52,506 nt of DNA from Neolecta irregularis DAH-3 (Eukaryota), in NCBI GenBank assembly GCA_001929475.1, contig LXFE01000143.1, positions 1 to 52,506 of the forward strand, given 5' to 3'. The notes beneath the pieces are model-generated. The model saw only the letters and a list, made by a program, of their open reading frames with translations, searched no databases and was not told where the DNA came from. Both the position numbers and the translations under genes were made by a program. This document shows positions 52,338 to 52,506 of this stretch, piece by piece (position 1 is the first letter of the stretch; every line of letters begins with the position of its first letter).

Positions 52338-52506
52338 AATTAATTAATTGATTGTTAAAGAATACTAGTAAAATGTGAGCTGGTAATCTGGTGTTGAGGT
52401 TGCGGAAGTTTGATGTCAGATTGCAAACTGTGTAAGACACCTCCTAATGGCGATTCTCTTTGAAATTAAAAATGTTAAATCCTGTACAATGTAATAATGC
52501 TGTATA

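Overview
Gene-dense, intron-rich ascomycete nuclear DNA. Gene content and intron style suggest a Taphrinomycotina fungus such as Neolecta; this is inference and was not checked. The first ~3.4 kb and the stretches at 8.2-9.7 kb and 22.4-23.1 kb are repeat-rich, with two solo-LTR-like copies, CAGTGTT-terminated hAT-like element ends, a 9-mer minisatellite and interstitial (CCCTAA)n tracts. The rest holds about 28 protein-coding genes: a Zn2Cys6 TF, peroxisomal ABC transporter, terpene-synthase-like ORF, SKL-ending heme peroxidase, TBC GAP, G-gamma, telomerase reverse transcriptase, RhoGEF-BAR-SH3, RSM23/DAP3, RRS1, BET2, a Virilizer-N-like protein, LYAR, PPR, ERV2, SWIB, CMC2, HEL2, PEX10, ERD1, RRP17, eIF3b, BCAT, mL59, acyl-CoA ligase, ATP11 and a SYCP2/Rec10-like protein. 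I spliced these genes by hand (roughly 125 introns) and found an unusual splicing regime. Introns are almost all 31-45 nt, donors are highly degenerate and often GC, and the branch point lies about 6-9 nt from the 3' end. At least five introns in conserved genes (two in TERT, two in the ABC transporter, one in RSM23) appear to end in TG or GG instead of AG. All exon boundaries are manual inferences without RNA data.
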